From: an uncultured Acidobacteriota bacterium
Lineage (GTDB): Bacteria; Acidobacteriota; Terriglobia; Terriglobales; Acidobacteriaceae
Direction of reading: 5' to 3'
DNA: 64,000 nucleotides
NCBI GenBank assembly: GCA_963825195.1
Contig: CAWGSD010000002.1
Span: 1,308 to 65,307 of the forward strand
Below the pieces are notes generated by a model. It saw only the letters and a program-made list of their open reading frames with translations. It was not told the DNA's origin and did not search any database. This document shows, piece after piece, positions 38,999 through 48,544 of this stretch; the stretch's first letter is position 1, and every line of letters begins with the position of its first letter. A program made the position numbers and the translations under genes.

Positions 38999-40381
38999 AT
39001 GCACGCGGTCTCCGATTTTGCCGTAGATGTTTCGGGAAGGATAAGTGAGCCTTGGCTGGAAGCGCGGCAAACTCGCATTCGCTACCTCATCATCCGCATT
39101 CTCTTCGTGGTGAGCTGCTTCAGCTTTGCTGACCGCTCGGCGCTGTCGCAGGCCGCCGCCGCCATGCCCAAAGACATGAATCTGAACGCGCAGCGCATGG
39201 GCTATCTGCTCTTCGCATTCGGGTGGGCCTACGCGCTCGGGCAACTGCCTTCGGGCGGTCTGCTCGATCGCTTCGGATCGAAGCGCGTCTACGGCATCAC
39301 CATCATCGTGTGGTCGCTGTTCGCGTTCCTCACCGCCTTCGCGGGCTACCTGAGCGCGAGCATTGCTTTCACGGCCATCTTTATTCTGCGCATTCTCTCC
39401 GGGCTGGCGCAGTCGCCGGTCTTTCCCGGCAATGGCCGCATCGTCGCCGCGTGGTTTCCCACCTCGGAGCGCGGCCGCGCCTCGGCCATCTTCAACTCGT
39501 CGCAGTATTTTGCGCTGCCCATCTTCGCGCCGATCTTCGGATGGCTGATTCACACCACCGGATGGCAAAGCTGCTTCTGGTTCCTGGGCGCGCTGGGCGG
39601 GCTGCTGACGGTCGTTTGGTTCACCAACATCTACGGCGTCAAGGAGCATCCGCGGATTTCGCAGGCGGAGATCGAAATTCATCGAGCGCGGCGGCGGCCT
39701 CGTGAATACCGACACCCGGGCAAGCGCGAAGAAGAACACGCTCACCTGGGCCACGGTGAAGATGCTGCTGAGCTATCGCATGCTGGTGGGCGTTTACATC
39801 GGCCAGTACTGCATCACCACGCTCACGTGGTTTTTCCTCACCTGGTTTCCGCTTTATCTGTCGCAGGCGCGCCACATGTCGGTGCTCAAGGTCGGATTTG
39901 CCGCGGCCGTGCCGGGGCTCTGCGGCGGCATCGGCGGAATTCTGGGCGGCGTCATCTCCGACAGGCTGCTGCAGCGCGGATACTCGCTGAGCTTCGCGCG
40001 CAAGCTGCCCATCATGGCGGGCATGGCGCTTGTCGATGACCATCATCGCCTGCAACTACGCGCACTCGCAGAGCGTCGATGCTGTTGTTCATGTCGATTT
40101 CGTTTTTCGGCAAAGGCATTGGCGCGCTGGGCTGGACGGTGGTCTCCGATACTTCGCCCAAGGGAATGGTGGGCATGAACGGCGCTCTCTTCAACCTCTT
40201 CGGCAATATGGCCGGCATTACCACGCCGCTGATCATCGGCTACATTGTCGCGAAGACGCACTCCTATAACGGTGCGCTGATCTTCGTGGGCCTGATTGCG
40301 TTCTGCGCCATCGTGAGCTACGGGCCGATTGTGGGCGAAATCAAGCGGCTTGAGTTGGGTTCCGTGGCCAGTGCGAGTTGA
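38999..40381 (+). pseudogene. MFS transporter, glucarate/galactarate (GarP/GudP) type, at least 3 frame breaks
   Basis: The pieces (remainder of 38264..40039, then 39702..40178, 40030..40269 and 40079..40381) tile E. coli GarP (FADRSALS ... LLDRFGSKRVY ... FPGNGRIVAAWFP ... VGVYIGQYCI ... FFGKGIGALGW ... KRLEL). Confidence 0.8.
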
Positions 40382-40479
40382 ACCATATTCGATAAAAGAT
40401 GTTACGCGTAAGAACTCAGTTTATTAAGCTGGCAATAGGGCGGCGCTCGATGCATGTGCCGCCAGAGGAGAAAAAACAC

Positions 40480-41262
40480 ATGCCGGAGTGGCCGGGCAAT
40501 CTGCCCCGCAATGCGTTCAAGCAGGCGCTCGCGAGGGGCGAGCGGCAGATTGGGCTGTGGTCGGGACTGGCGAGCCCGATTGTGGCGGAGATTCTCGCCG
40601 GCGCCGGATTCGACTGGATCGTGATCGACGGCGAGCATGCGCCCAACGACATCTCCACGCTGCTGCCGCAGTTGCAGGCCATGCGCGGCGGCACGGCAGA
40701 GCCGGTCTTCCGCGTGCCGTGGAACGAGCCGGTCATCATCAAGCGCGCGCTCGATGTAGGAGCGCGCAGTCTGCTGATTCCCTTTGTGCAGAATGTGGAT
40801 GAGGCGCGGCGCGCGGTGGCGGCTGCGCGCTATCCGCCGCTGGGGATTCGCGGCGTATCGGTGGGGCCGCGCGCCAACGACTTCGGGCGCATCCAGAACT
40901 ATCATCGCAACGCGCATCTGGATACGTGCGTGCTGGTGCAGATCGAGACGCGAGCGGCCCTGAAGGAGATTGAAGCCATCGCCGCAGTCGAGGGCATTGA
41001 CGGAATCTTCATCGGGCCCAGCGACCTGGCCGCGGACTTCGGCCATCTGGGCAATCCCAAGCACCCCGACGTGCAGGCGGCCATCAAGGAGGCGGCGAAG
41101 CGGATTCGCGCGGCAGGCAAGTCGGCCGGCACGCTGGCGGGGAACGTGGATGACGTGGAATTCCTGCTGAGCCTGGGCTTCAACTTCACGGCCGCGGGCA
41201 GCGACGTGGGCATTCTGGCGCGCGGTGCGGAAGGCGTGGCCGCCCGCTTTAACAAAAACTGA
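40480..41262 (+). CDS. garL: 5-keto-4-deoxy-D-glucarate (2-dehydro-3-deoxyglucarate) aldolase, HpcH/HpaI family
   Basis: ATG 40480 follows GAGGAG. 260 aa, intact. IGLWSGLASP ... DWIVIDGEHAPND ... VQIETR ... GIFIGPSDL. Confidence 0.8.
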   Translation: MPEWPGNLPRNAFKQALARGERQIGLWSGLASPIVAEILAGAGFDWIVIDGEHAPNDISTLLPQLQAMRGGTAEPVFRVPWNEPVIIKRALDVGARSLLIPFVQNVDEARRAVAAARYPPLGIRGVSVGPRANDFGRIQNYHRNAHLDTCVLVQIETRAALKEIEAIAAVEGIDGIFIGPSDLAADFGHLGNPKHPDVQAAIKEAAKRIRAAGKSAGTLAGNVDDVEFLLSLGFNFTAAGSDVGILARGAEGVAARFNKN

Positions 41263-41302
41263 GACTCGTTAGAGGAGAACGAATACACAGAGGAGAACAG
41301 GG

Positions 41303-42199
41303 ATGGCTACGGTTGGATTTGTCGGACTCGGCATCATGGGGCGTCCCATGCTCAAGAATTTGTTGAAGGCCGGTCACACGGTTGTGGCGTATGGGCGCAG
41401 CGCTGAGAAGCTGGATGCATGCGTGAAAGATGGGGCGCAGCGGGGTGCCTCGAACAGCGACGTGGGCGCGCGGTCGGAGTTCGTCGTCACCATGCTGCCC
41501 GACGGGCCGGAGGTGGAAGAAGTAGTGCTGGGCGAGGAGGGCATCCTGGCCGGGGCAAAGCCGGGGACAATGATTATCGATATGAGCTCGATCAATCCAC
41601 TGGTTTCGCAGAAAGTGGGTGCGGCGTGCGCGGCGAAAGGCGTGGAGTTTCTGGATGCGCCGGTGAGCGGCGGCGAGCCGAAGGCGATTGAGGGAACGCT
41701 GGCGATCATGGTGGGCGGCGGCGAGAAGGCGTTTCAGAAGGCCGAACCGATTTTGAAGTGCATGGGGTCGAGCGTGACGCTGACCGGGCCGGTGGGCGCG
41801 GGCAATGCTACGAAGCTGGCGAACCAGATCATGGTGGCGTGCAACATTGCGGCGATGGGTGAGGCTCTGACGCTTGCCACAAGCTGCGGTTTGAATCCCG
41901 AGGTAGTGGTGAACGCGATCAAGGGCGGGCTGGCCGGAAGCGCAGTGCTCAACGCCAAGGGACCGATGCTGATTGCGCGGAACTTCAAGCCGGGGTTCAA
42001 GATCCAGCTTCACCGCAAGGATTTGCGCAACGCACTGCAAACGGCGGAGGCGAAGGGCGTGTTTTTGCCCATCACTTCGTTCGTGCAGCAGGTGCTCGGG
42101 TCGCTGATCGGCGAAGGCAAGGGCGATCTGGACCACTCGGCGATTGCGACGTTTGCGGAAGAAGCGTCGCACCTCGAGGTGAAGGCGCCGGCGGCGTGA
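41303..42199 (+). CDS. garR: 2-hydroxy-3-oxopropionate (tartronate semialdehyde) reductase
   Basis: 298 aa, intact. GFVGLGIMGRPM, DAPVSGG and GAGNATKLANQ motifs. Confidence 0.85.
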   Translation: MATVGFVGLGIMGRPMLKNLLKAGHTVVAYGRSAEKLDACVKDGAQRGASNSDVGARSEFVVTMLPDGPEVEEVVLGEEGILAGAKPGTMIIDMSSINPLVSQKVGAACAAKGVEFLDAPVSGGEPKAIEGTLAIMVGGGEKAFQKAEPILKCMGSSVTLTGPVGAGNATKLANQIMVACNIAAMGEALTLATSCGLNPEVVVNAIKGGLAGSAVLNAKGPMLIARNFKPGFKIQLHRKDLRNALQTAEAKGVFLPITSFVQQVLGSLIGEGKGDLDHSAIATFAEEASHLEVKAPAA

Positions 42200-42431
42200 A
42201 GGTTCGGCACGGTTCCACCGCCAATCGCGTGGCCCGGCGTGCGGGGATCCGTGCCGGCTCGGGTCGGCCGGTATAGGGCCGATGTGGCCTCGTTGAACAT
42301 GCGGAGGAGACACGACTCTCAAAGTGCCAGGGCCATGTGAGATCCGTTGGTCAATGCGTGGATCACATAGCCCCGGACTACTTTTCGCTCCTGCTGAGTG
42401 ACGGCACGCCACCCCCGCTATTTGAATTTCT

Positions 42432-43679
42432 TTACCATCGATCTCCCCGGTGGGCGTCCGTGAACACCGAAACACATCCGGGCAGCGTTCCGCAGAGCGG
42501 ATTCGGATTTTCGATCGGCACAAATATTTGGTTATTGAAAGGGTTGACCGTGACCGAATGGGCGTCGGTTCCCGTAGGAAAGTTTTCGATCCATTCATTC
42601 GTATCGGCGTCAATAACGCCCAGCACCGGGGACGCTGCGGTTGCGGTTGGGCTGGTGAAAAAGTCGCGTGCTCCCAGATAATAATGATGATCGGCAGGGT
42701 TGTACGCGCCGTAGTCAACACCGCCGACTTGTGTGAGATTAGCCAGGATCGCTCCCGTCCTTCCGTTAATCACATAGGTGCGCGGCGCGAACTGAACTGG
42801 GTCAGGCGCCGGGAATCCCGGGTCGCAGGTAACCAGAACATTTTCTCGAGGCCCCTGCGCCATCCCGGACGGCATGCAGTTGTCCAGGCCCGAAAACACC
42901 TTCGCTACCTGTCCCGATACCGGATCCAACACGGCGACCGCGCCCGCGGTCAGGTCCGATCCAACCTCCGGAATGCTGATAAGAAATTTGTTGGTGTAGG
43001 CGTCATACAGAACGGCGGCAATGCCGCCCTGCGAGGTGTCGGGTGTGCCGTTCGTCCCATCGAAGACGACTTTCTTCAGGATCTTAAATGTGGTGCTGCT
43101 GATCAGAGTGACGAAGGCAGGAGTTGAATCGCCGTTCGTGACGATAACGACCTTGTCGATCGGATCATAGTCCATCTCGTCGGCTCGATACTCACCGCCG
43201 GTTTGGATTTCGGCGACTTCGGGTGGCGAGGAAAGACTCTCGCCAAGGTCAAACACTCTTACGGTACTCGGGTAGTCTCCGGCAAAGAGGTAACGACCGG
43301 CGACCACGTTTCCGTCCGGACCCGAGTGGGGACTGTCACTACCCACGCCGGCGAAAATGGCGGGCGTCTCGCCCACCTTCCTGTCGGTGAGCGCATCGAT
43401 AATCGCGACGGCTTTCGACGAGCGGCTGGACACGAACAGCAATTGCAATTTGGTATCGACGCGAGCCTGGTCGAAATTGACAAAGGGGTTCGCTTTCGAA
43501 GTTCCTGGAACGCCTATCGCCCCAATGGGGACGACATGGGAGCGGCGGTCGTGATTCCGGCCCGAGTCTGCCTGAGACGGATGCGAATCATCATTGAGAT
43601 TCGTTTGGCTGAGGACTGGTTGACATAAAACCCAGCCGGTGGCCATCGTACACGCGAGCACTACGAGAAGCTTTCTCAT
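42432..43679 (-). CDS. secreted beta-propeller (YncE/YVTN-like) protein
   Basis: 415 aa with signal peptide. Repeated short strands with D/N-G turns. The family call is tentative. Confidence 0.55.
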   Translation of the reverse strand: MRKLLVVLACTMATGWVLCQPVLSQTNLNDDSHPSQADSGRNHDRRSHVVPIGAIGVPGTSKANPFVNFDQARVDTKLQLLFVSSRSSKAVAIIDALTDRKVGETPAIFAGVGSDSPHSGPDGNVVAGRYLFAGDYPSTVRVFDLGESLSSPPEVAEIQTGGEYRADEMDYDPIDKVVIVTNGDSTPAFVTLISSTTFKILKKVVFDGTNGTPDTSQGGIAAVLYDAYTNKFLISIPEVGSDLTAGAVAVLDPVSGQVAKVFSGLDNCMPSGMAQGPRENVLVTCDPGFPAPDPVQFAPRTYVINGRTGAILANLTQVGGVDYGAYNPADHHYYLGARDFFTSPTATAASPVLGVIDADTNEWIENFPTGTDAHSVTVNPFNNQIFVPIENPNPLCGTLPGCVSVFTDAHRGDRW

Positions 43680-43937
43680 AAGTCCTCCTTCAATGCCTGT
43701 ATGGTCTGGGATAGCGCGCTTGCAGACGCTTTGCAGGGCTGAGCGGATGTATACCCGCGCTGAATTAACTCGGGGTTAATGCAGGTGAGCATTCACATGA
43801 ATCTTTTACAGTGGCTCCGCCCAGAGGAAACGGCGGATTTGTGTACGCCTGTCAAGTGAATCAATAGCCGATGCCCGGGGCTCCCCGGCCGAGGCTTTGA
43901 GCCGCCCATGAGCACGTATGCTCGGCTTCACCCGGCT

Positions 43938-46495
43938 TCACCCGGCTTCGAGACGGTTGAGGTAAGGAGCCGTGCGGCTGGTTTTGGATTGGGCGACCGT
44001 CTTGGGTGTGCCCGCAGCGACGATGGTGCCGCCATCTTCGCCCGCGCCCGGACCGATGTCGATGATCCAGTCGCTGGCAGCGATGATGTCGAGGTCGTGT
44101 TCGACCACGATGACGGTGTTGCCATGGTCGACCAGCCGGTTGAGCTGCGCAAGGAGGCGCTCGACGTCGGATGGGTGGAGGCCGGTGGTGGGCTCGTCGA
44201 GGACGTAGAGGGTGTCGCCTTTTTGCGGCCGCTGGAGCTCCGTGGCCAGCTTGATGCGCTGCGCTTCTCCTCCGCTGAGCTCGGTTGCGGGCTGGCCGAG
44301 TCGCAGATAGCCGAGTCCGACCTCGCTGAGAACGGACAGGGCGCGCTGAACAGTGGCCTCTTCGGCGAAGAATTCGATGGCGTCATCGACGGTGAGGCTG
44401 AGCACCTCGGCGATGTTTTTGTCGCGGATACCGGACTTCGAGGGTCTTTGGGTTGAAGCGCGCGCCGTGGCAGGCCGGGCAGGGCGAGTAGACGCTGGGA
44501 AGAAAGAGCAGCTCGACGCAGACGAAGCCTTCGCCGGAGCAGGTAGGGCAACGGCCTTTGGCGACGTTGAACGAGAAGCGCCCGGCGTCGTAGCGGCGTT
44601 CGCGGGCCATTTTCGTCGCGGCAAAGAGGCGGCGGACGTGATCGAAGAGGCCGGTGTAGGTGGCCATGTTGGATCGGGGCGTGCGTCCGATGGGCTTCTG
44701 GTCGACCTGCACGAGGCGGCGGATGCACTCCATGCCGCCGGCGATGGAGCCGTCCAGCGTGACGGGAGCGTCGGCGGTGAGAGGATCCTCTTCGGCGTCA
44801 TCGTCGGCAGAGCTTCTGGCCGAGGTGCTCCGCGGCAAGTTCGACCAGAACCTGGCTGACGAGCGTGGATTTGCCGGAGCCGGAGACACCGGTGACCGAG
44901 GTGAGGACGCCGAGCGGAAAACGGGCATCGAGGTTGTGGAGATTGTTGCGGGTGACGCCGGTGAGCCGAAGCCATCCGGAAGGCGTGCGGAGGGTGGCGC
45001 GGACCGGCGGACGGCGCGTGGCATCGATGTAGAGACGGGTTTTGGAGGCGTGGATCTCGCGGAGTCCGGCGGGCGGCCCGCTATAGAGGATCTCGCCGCC
45101 GCGCTCACCGGCGCCGGGGCCAACGTCGACGATCCAGTCGGCGCGGCGGATGACGTCGACTTCGTGCTCGATGACGAAGAGCGAATTGCCGACGCGACTG
45201 CAGAGCATCGAGAGCGTGGAGGAGAGTTTCGGTGTCGGAGGGGTGGAGTCCCGCGGATGGCTCGTCGAGGACATAGACGACGCCGAAGAGGTTCGAGTGC
45301 ATCTGCGTGGCGAGGCGCAGGCGCTGGAGCTCGCCGGGAGAGAGGGTCGGCGTGCTGCGCTCGAGGGCGAGGTAGCCGAGGCCGAGGAGCAGGAGCGCGT
45401 CGAGCCGGGCGACGATGTCCTGCGTGATGCGCAGGGCTACAGCGGCTTTTTCGGGGTTAGCGCGGAGTGGCGAGGTCTTGTCGCTTCGCATAAGGGACGA
45501 GGCGGCGATGGACCTGCTGCAGACGGGAGAGCGCCGAGCTCGGCGATGTCGAGGCCGGCGAAGCGCACCTCGAGCGCATCGGCCCGGAGGCGTTTGCCAT
45601 GGCAAAGCGGGCACTCGGTGGAGAGCATGAAGGCGGAGACCCGGCGCTTCATCATCGCGCTCTGCGTTTTGGAGAAGGTTTCCAGCACATAGCGGCGGGC
45701 GCTGGTGAAGGTGCCCATATAGCTGGGCTCTGTTTTGGCGCGGAGCGCGCGGCGGGTTTCCGCGGGAGTAAAGCCGGCGTACACGGGGACGGTGGGCTGC
45801 TCGTCGGTGAAGAGGATCCAGTCGCGGTCCTTTTTGGGGAGTTCGCGCCAGGGGCGATCGACGTCGTAGCCAAGAGAAACGAGGATGTCGCGCTGATTCT
45901 GTCCCTGCCAGGCTGTGGGCCAGGCGGCGATGGCGCGCTGCCGAATGGTGAGCGTGGGGTCCGGCACCATCGACTGCTCGGTGACGGTGTAGATGCGGCC
46001 GAGGCCGTGGCATTTCGGGCAGGCGCCTTCGGGCCGGTTAGGCGAGAAGTTTTCCGCGTAGAGCATGGGTCGTCCGCGGGGATAGTCGCCGGCGCGGGAG
46101 TAGAGCATCCGGAGCAGATTGGAGAGCGTGGTGACGCTGCCGACCGACGAGCGGGTGGTCGGCGATCCACGCTGCTGCTGGAGGGCGACGGCGGGCGGCA
46201 GGCCGTCGATGGAGTCGACTTCGGGGACGCTGAGCTGGTGGAAGAGGCGGCGCGCGTAGGGCGAGACGGATTCGAGATAGCGGCGCTGCGCCTCGGCGTA
46301 GAGCGTGCCGAAGGCGAGCGAGGACTTACCAGAGCCGGAGACGCCCGTGAAGACGACGAGAGCGTCGCGCGGAATGTCGATGTCGACGTTCCTGAGGTTG
46401 TGCTCGCGCGCGCCGCGCACGCGGACCATGCCGGGTGGGGCGGAGTGGCTCGAATGGAAAAGAGGGGCTGTGGGGCCGAGATGTGGAGAGTCCAT
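43938..46495 (-). pseudogene. UvrA-like ABC ATPase paralogue (class II-like), at least 4 frame breaks
   Basis: Pieces 45437..46747, part of 45105..46013, 44798..45274, 44383..45123 and 43938..44975 tile a UvrA ([95 protein letters not shown]). The start is uncertain. Confidence 0.8.
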
Positions 46496-46991
46496 GCGAA
46501 CCTTTGGATGCATCGAGACCGCGAGCATGCATGGTCTTGTCCAGCGATTCTTACGCGAACGCAGAGTCGGGCGCAGCTTGCTGAGAAGGAAAGCAGCCCC
46601 AATAGCCAGAGCGCTGCCTGCGAGGATCAGCCGCAATGCCTGCATCGACATTGTCGCCGGTAGTGTTTCTGGAGTCCCTCTGCATTGGTAGATCACGCAT
46701 TGAGAGCAATTTGGGGGAGGAGACCGACGATGAGGCTCCTGTTGCAAACTCTATCGAGAATCCCGACATTCTTCGAGACAGAACTAGTCCTGTGGATGGT
46801 ACAAGTCACATTGCAGCAAGTTCTCCAATGAAACGCGTTGCTCTCTCGACGCACCATGCTACTGTTGGTCGAAGTCGTCGAACAGGCCGCGCAAGTGTCC
46901 CTGTTCGACCGAATGCTGCGTCCGCGACTGCCTCGGACGCAGGTAAGGAATATTCTGTCGGCAGGTTGTTCGGGACGAAAGGTGAGCCCAT

Positions 46992-48206
46992 ATGCCCCCT
47001 GGAATTGATGCTCTGAAGCACATCGTCGTGCTCATGATGGAGAACCGCTCCTTCGATCACATGCTTGGATCGCTGAAGGCGGTCAACTCCCAGATCGACG
47101 GCGTCGACGTAAACTTCTCCAACCCCGATACACAGGGCAATCCAGTCTCACCGCAGCCGCTCGCCGAGTTCCAAAGCCAGCTCGATCCCGATCCCGACCA
47201 CCATTTTCCAGCGGTAGATCTGCAGATATTCGGCGGCGATCAGAGCGCGAATCGCGTTGCCAACATGCAGGGCTTCGTCAAGAGCTACTTCCAGCAGCAG
47301 GAAGACGTGGCTCACTCCCACAAAATTATGTACTACTTCGCTCAGGACAAGCTCCCGGTGCTGACGACCCTGGCCACGAATTTTGTCGTTTTCAATCGCT
47401 GGTTTGCCTCGATACCCGGCCCCACCATTTGTAATCGGGCCTTCGCGCACTATGGCTCGTCCTTCGGCCAGGTTGGCATGAACATCTTCTATCCCAAACG
47501 CCAGAGCATCTACGAAAGACTCCAAAACAGCGGCCGCACCGCGAAGCTTTACTATTACGACCAGGCCAGTTCCACCATGGAGGTGGTGAACCTCCTCCAG
47601 CATCAGCCGCAGCTCTTCGGCACCTACGATCAGTTCCTGGCCGACTGCAAATCCGGCAAGCTCTCTGACTACTGCTTCATCGAACCCAACTACACCGACC
47701 ATGAGAGCGAGGGCGGCGAGCAGATTGCCTCCGACCAGCACCCTGACCACAACATTCAGGCCGGCGAGATCTTCATCGCATCGGTCTACAATGCCATCCG
47801 CGAGAACGCCACCCTGTGGGCGAGCACCGCTCTGCTCGTGGTCTACGACGAGCACGGCGGCATCTTCGACCATGTTCCACCACCCTCGTGCACGCCCGAC
47901 GGCGCATCCGCCGGGCCGGCCGATACCGGCCTCAGCTACACCTTCAACTTCGATCGCCTCGGGGTTCGTGTTCCCGCTATCCTCATCTCGCCCTGGATAC
48001 CGAAAGGCACCGTCGTCCCAGCCGATCGCGTCTTCGAACACGCATCGATTCCCGCAACCGCGACAAGTTTCTTCGTCCCGAACTACGATCAGACTGCCGC
48101 GCCGGATCAGCAGCGCACTCCTCGCGAGAAAGCCGCTTCCACCTTTCTCGATCTGCTCTCGCTTGACACCATGCGCACCGACAGCATCATCTTCAACACC
48201 CAATGA
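46992..48206 (+). CDS. phosphoesterase family protein (phospholipase C / AcpA acid phosphatase family), no signal peptide
   Basis: 404 aa. HIVVLMMENRSFDHMLG, SDQHPDH and YDEHGGIFDHV motifs. Confidence 0.85.
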   Translation: MPPGIDALKHIVVLMMENRSFDHMLGSLKAVNSQIDGVDVNFSNPDTQGNPVSPQPLAEFQSQLDPDPDHHFPAVDLQIFGGDQSANRVANMQGFVKSYFQQQEDVAHSHKIMYYFAQDKLPVLTTLATNFVVFNRWFASIPGPTICNRAFAHYGSSFGQVGMNIFYPKRQSIYERLQNSGRTAKLYYYDQASSTMEVVNLLQHQPQLFGTYDQFLADCKSGKLSDYCFIEPNYTDHESEGGEQIASDQHPDHNIQAGEIFIASVYNAIRENATLWASTALLVVYDEHGGIFDHVPPPSCTPDGASAGPADTGLSYTFNFDRLGVRVPAILISPWIPKGTVVPADRVFEHASIPATATSFFVPNYDQTAAPDQQRTPREKAASTFLDLLSLDTMRTDSIIFNTQ

Positions 48207-48541
48207 CTACCGACATGAACGACACCGCCCCCAGCCCGTCACGCCGTCTACGCCAGACAGCCACGCCTCAACCCCAGGGCGAGGTCACGCGCATCGACGT
48301 GCCGAAACCGCCCGCCTCCGCGATCAATAAGGACCGCCCGGCATCCGAGCTCATCAAAGCGCAACTTCGTCACATCCAGCATGCTGAAAGCGCCCGCCTT
48401 CCGCGCGACAAGCGCTCCGGTGTCAGGATCGAGGACATCCACACCGAAGCCGAGGCGGCGAAATATATCCAGGACGTAACTCGGCTGCTTCACCCGCAGC
48501 GGCGCAGGCGCTCGACCCGAAAACCTGCCAGCCAGGAGTAA
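48203..48541 (+). CDS. small basic hypothetical protein
   Basis: 112 aa. ATG overlaps the upstream stop (ATGA). No recognised family. Confidence 0.45.
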   Translation: MTTDMNDTAPSPSRRLRQTATPQPQGEVTRIDVPKPPASAINKDRPASELIKAQLRHIQHAESARLPRDKRSGVRIEDIHTEAEAAKYIQDVTRLLHPQRRRRSTRKPASQE

Positions 48542-48544
48542 TTC

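Noticed and set aside
43924-43950. 10-bp tandem repeat GGCTTCACCC x2.7 at the 3' end of the uvrA paralogue.
   Set aside because: The stop codon lies in the copy nearest the coding sequence, so the extra copies are downstream and do not alter the protein. It is too short to interpret beyond local slippage.
46496-46747. 84-aa N-terminal extension of the uvrA-paralogue ORF, including a hydrophobic stretch (LRLILAGSALAIGAAFLL).
   Set aside because: UvrA homologues begin near the VRGAREHNL motif. The extension has no RBS support and is probably just open frame upstream of the true start.
46955-46972. Pho-box-like direct repeats CTGTCGG-N4-TTGTTCG upstream of the phosphoesterase gene.
   Set aside because: The match to the CTGTCAT-N4-CTGTCAT consensus is weak. 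The site lies only about 20 nt from the start codon, leaving no room for a -10 box and leader.
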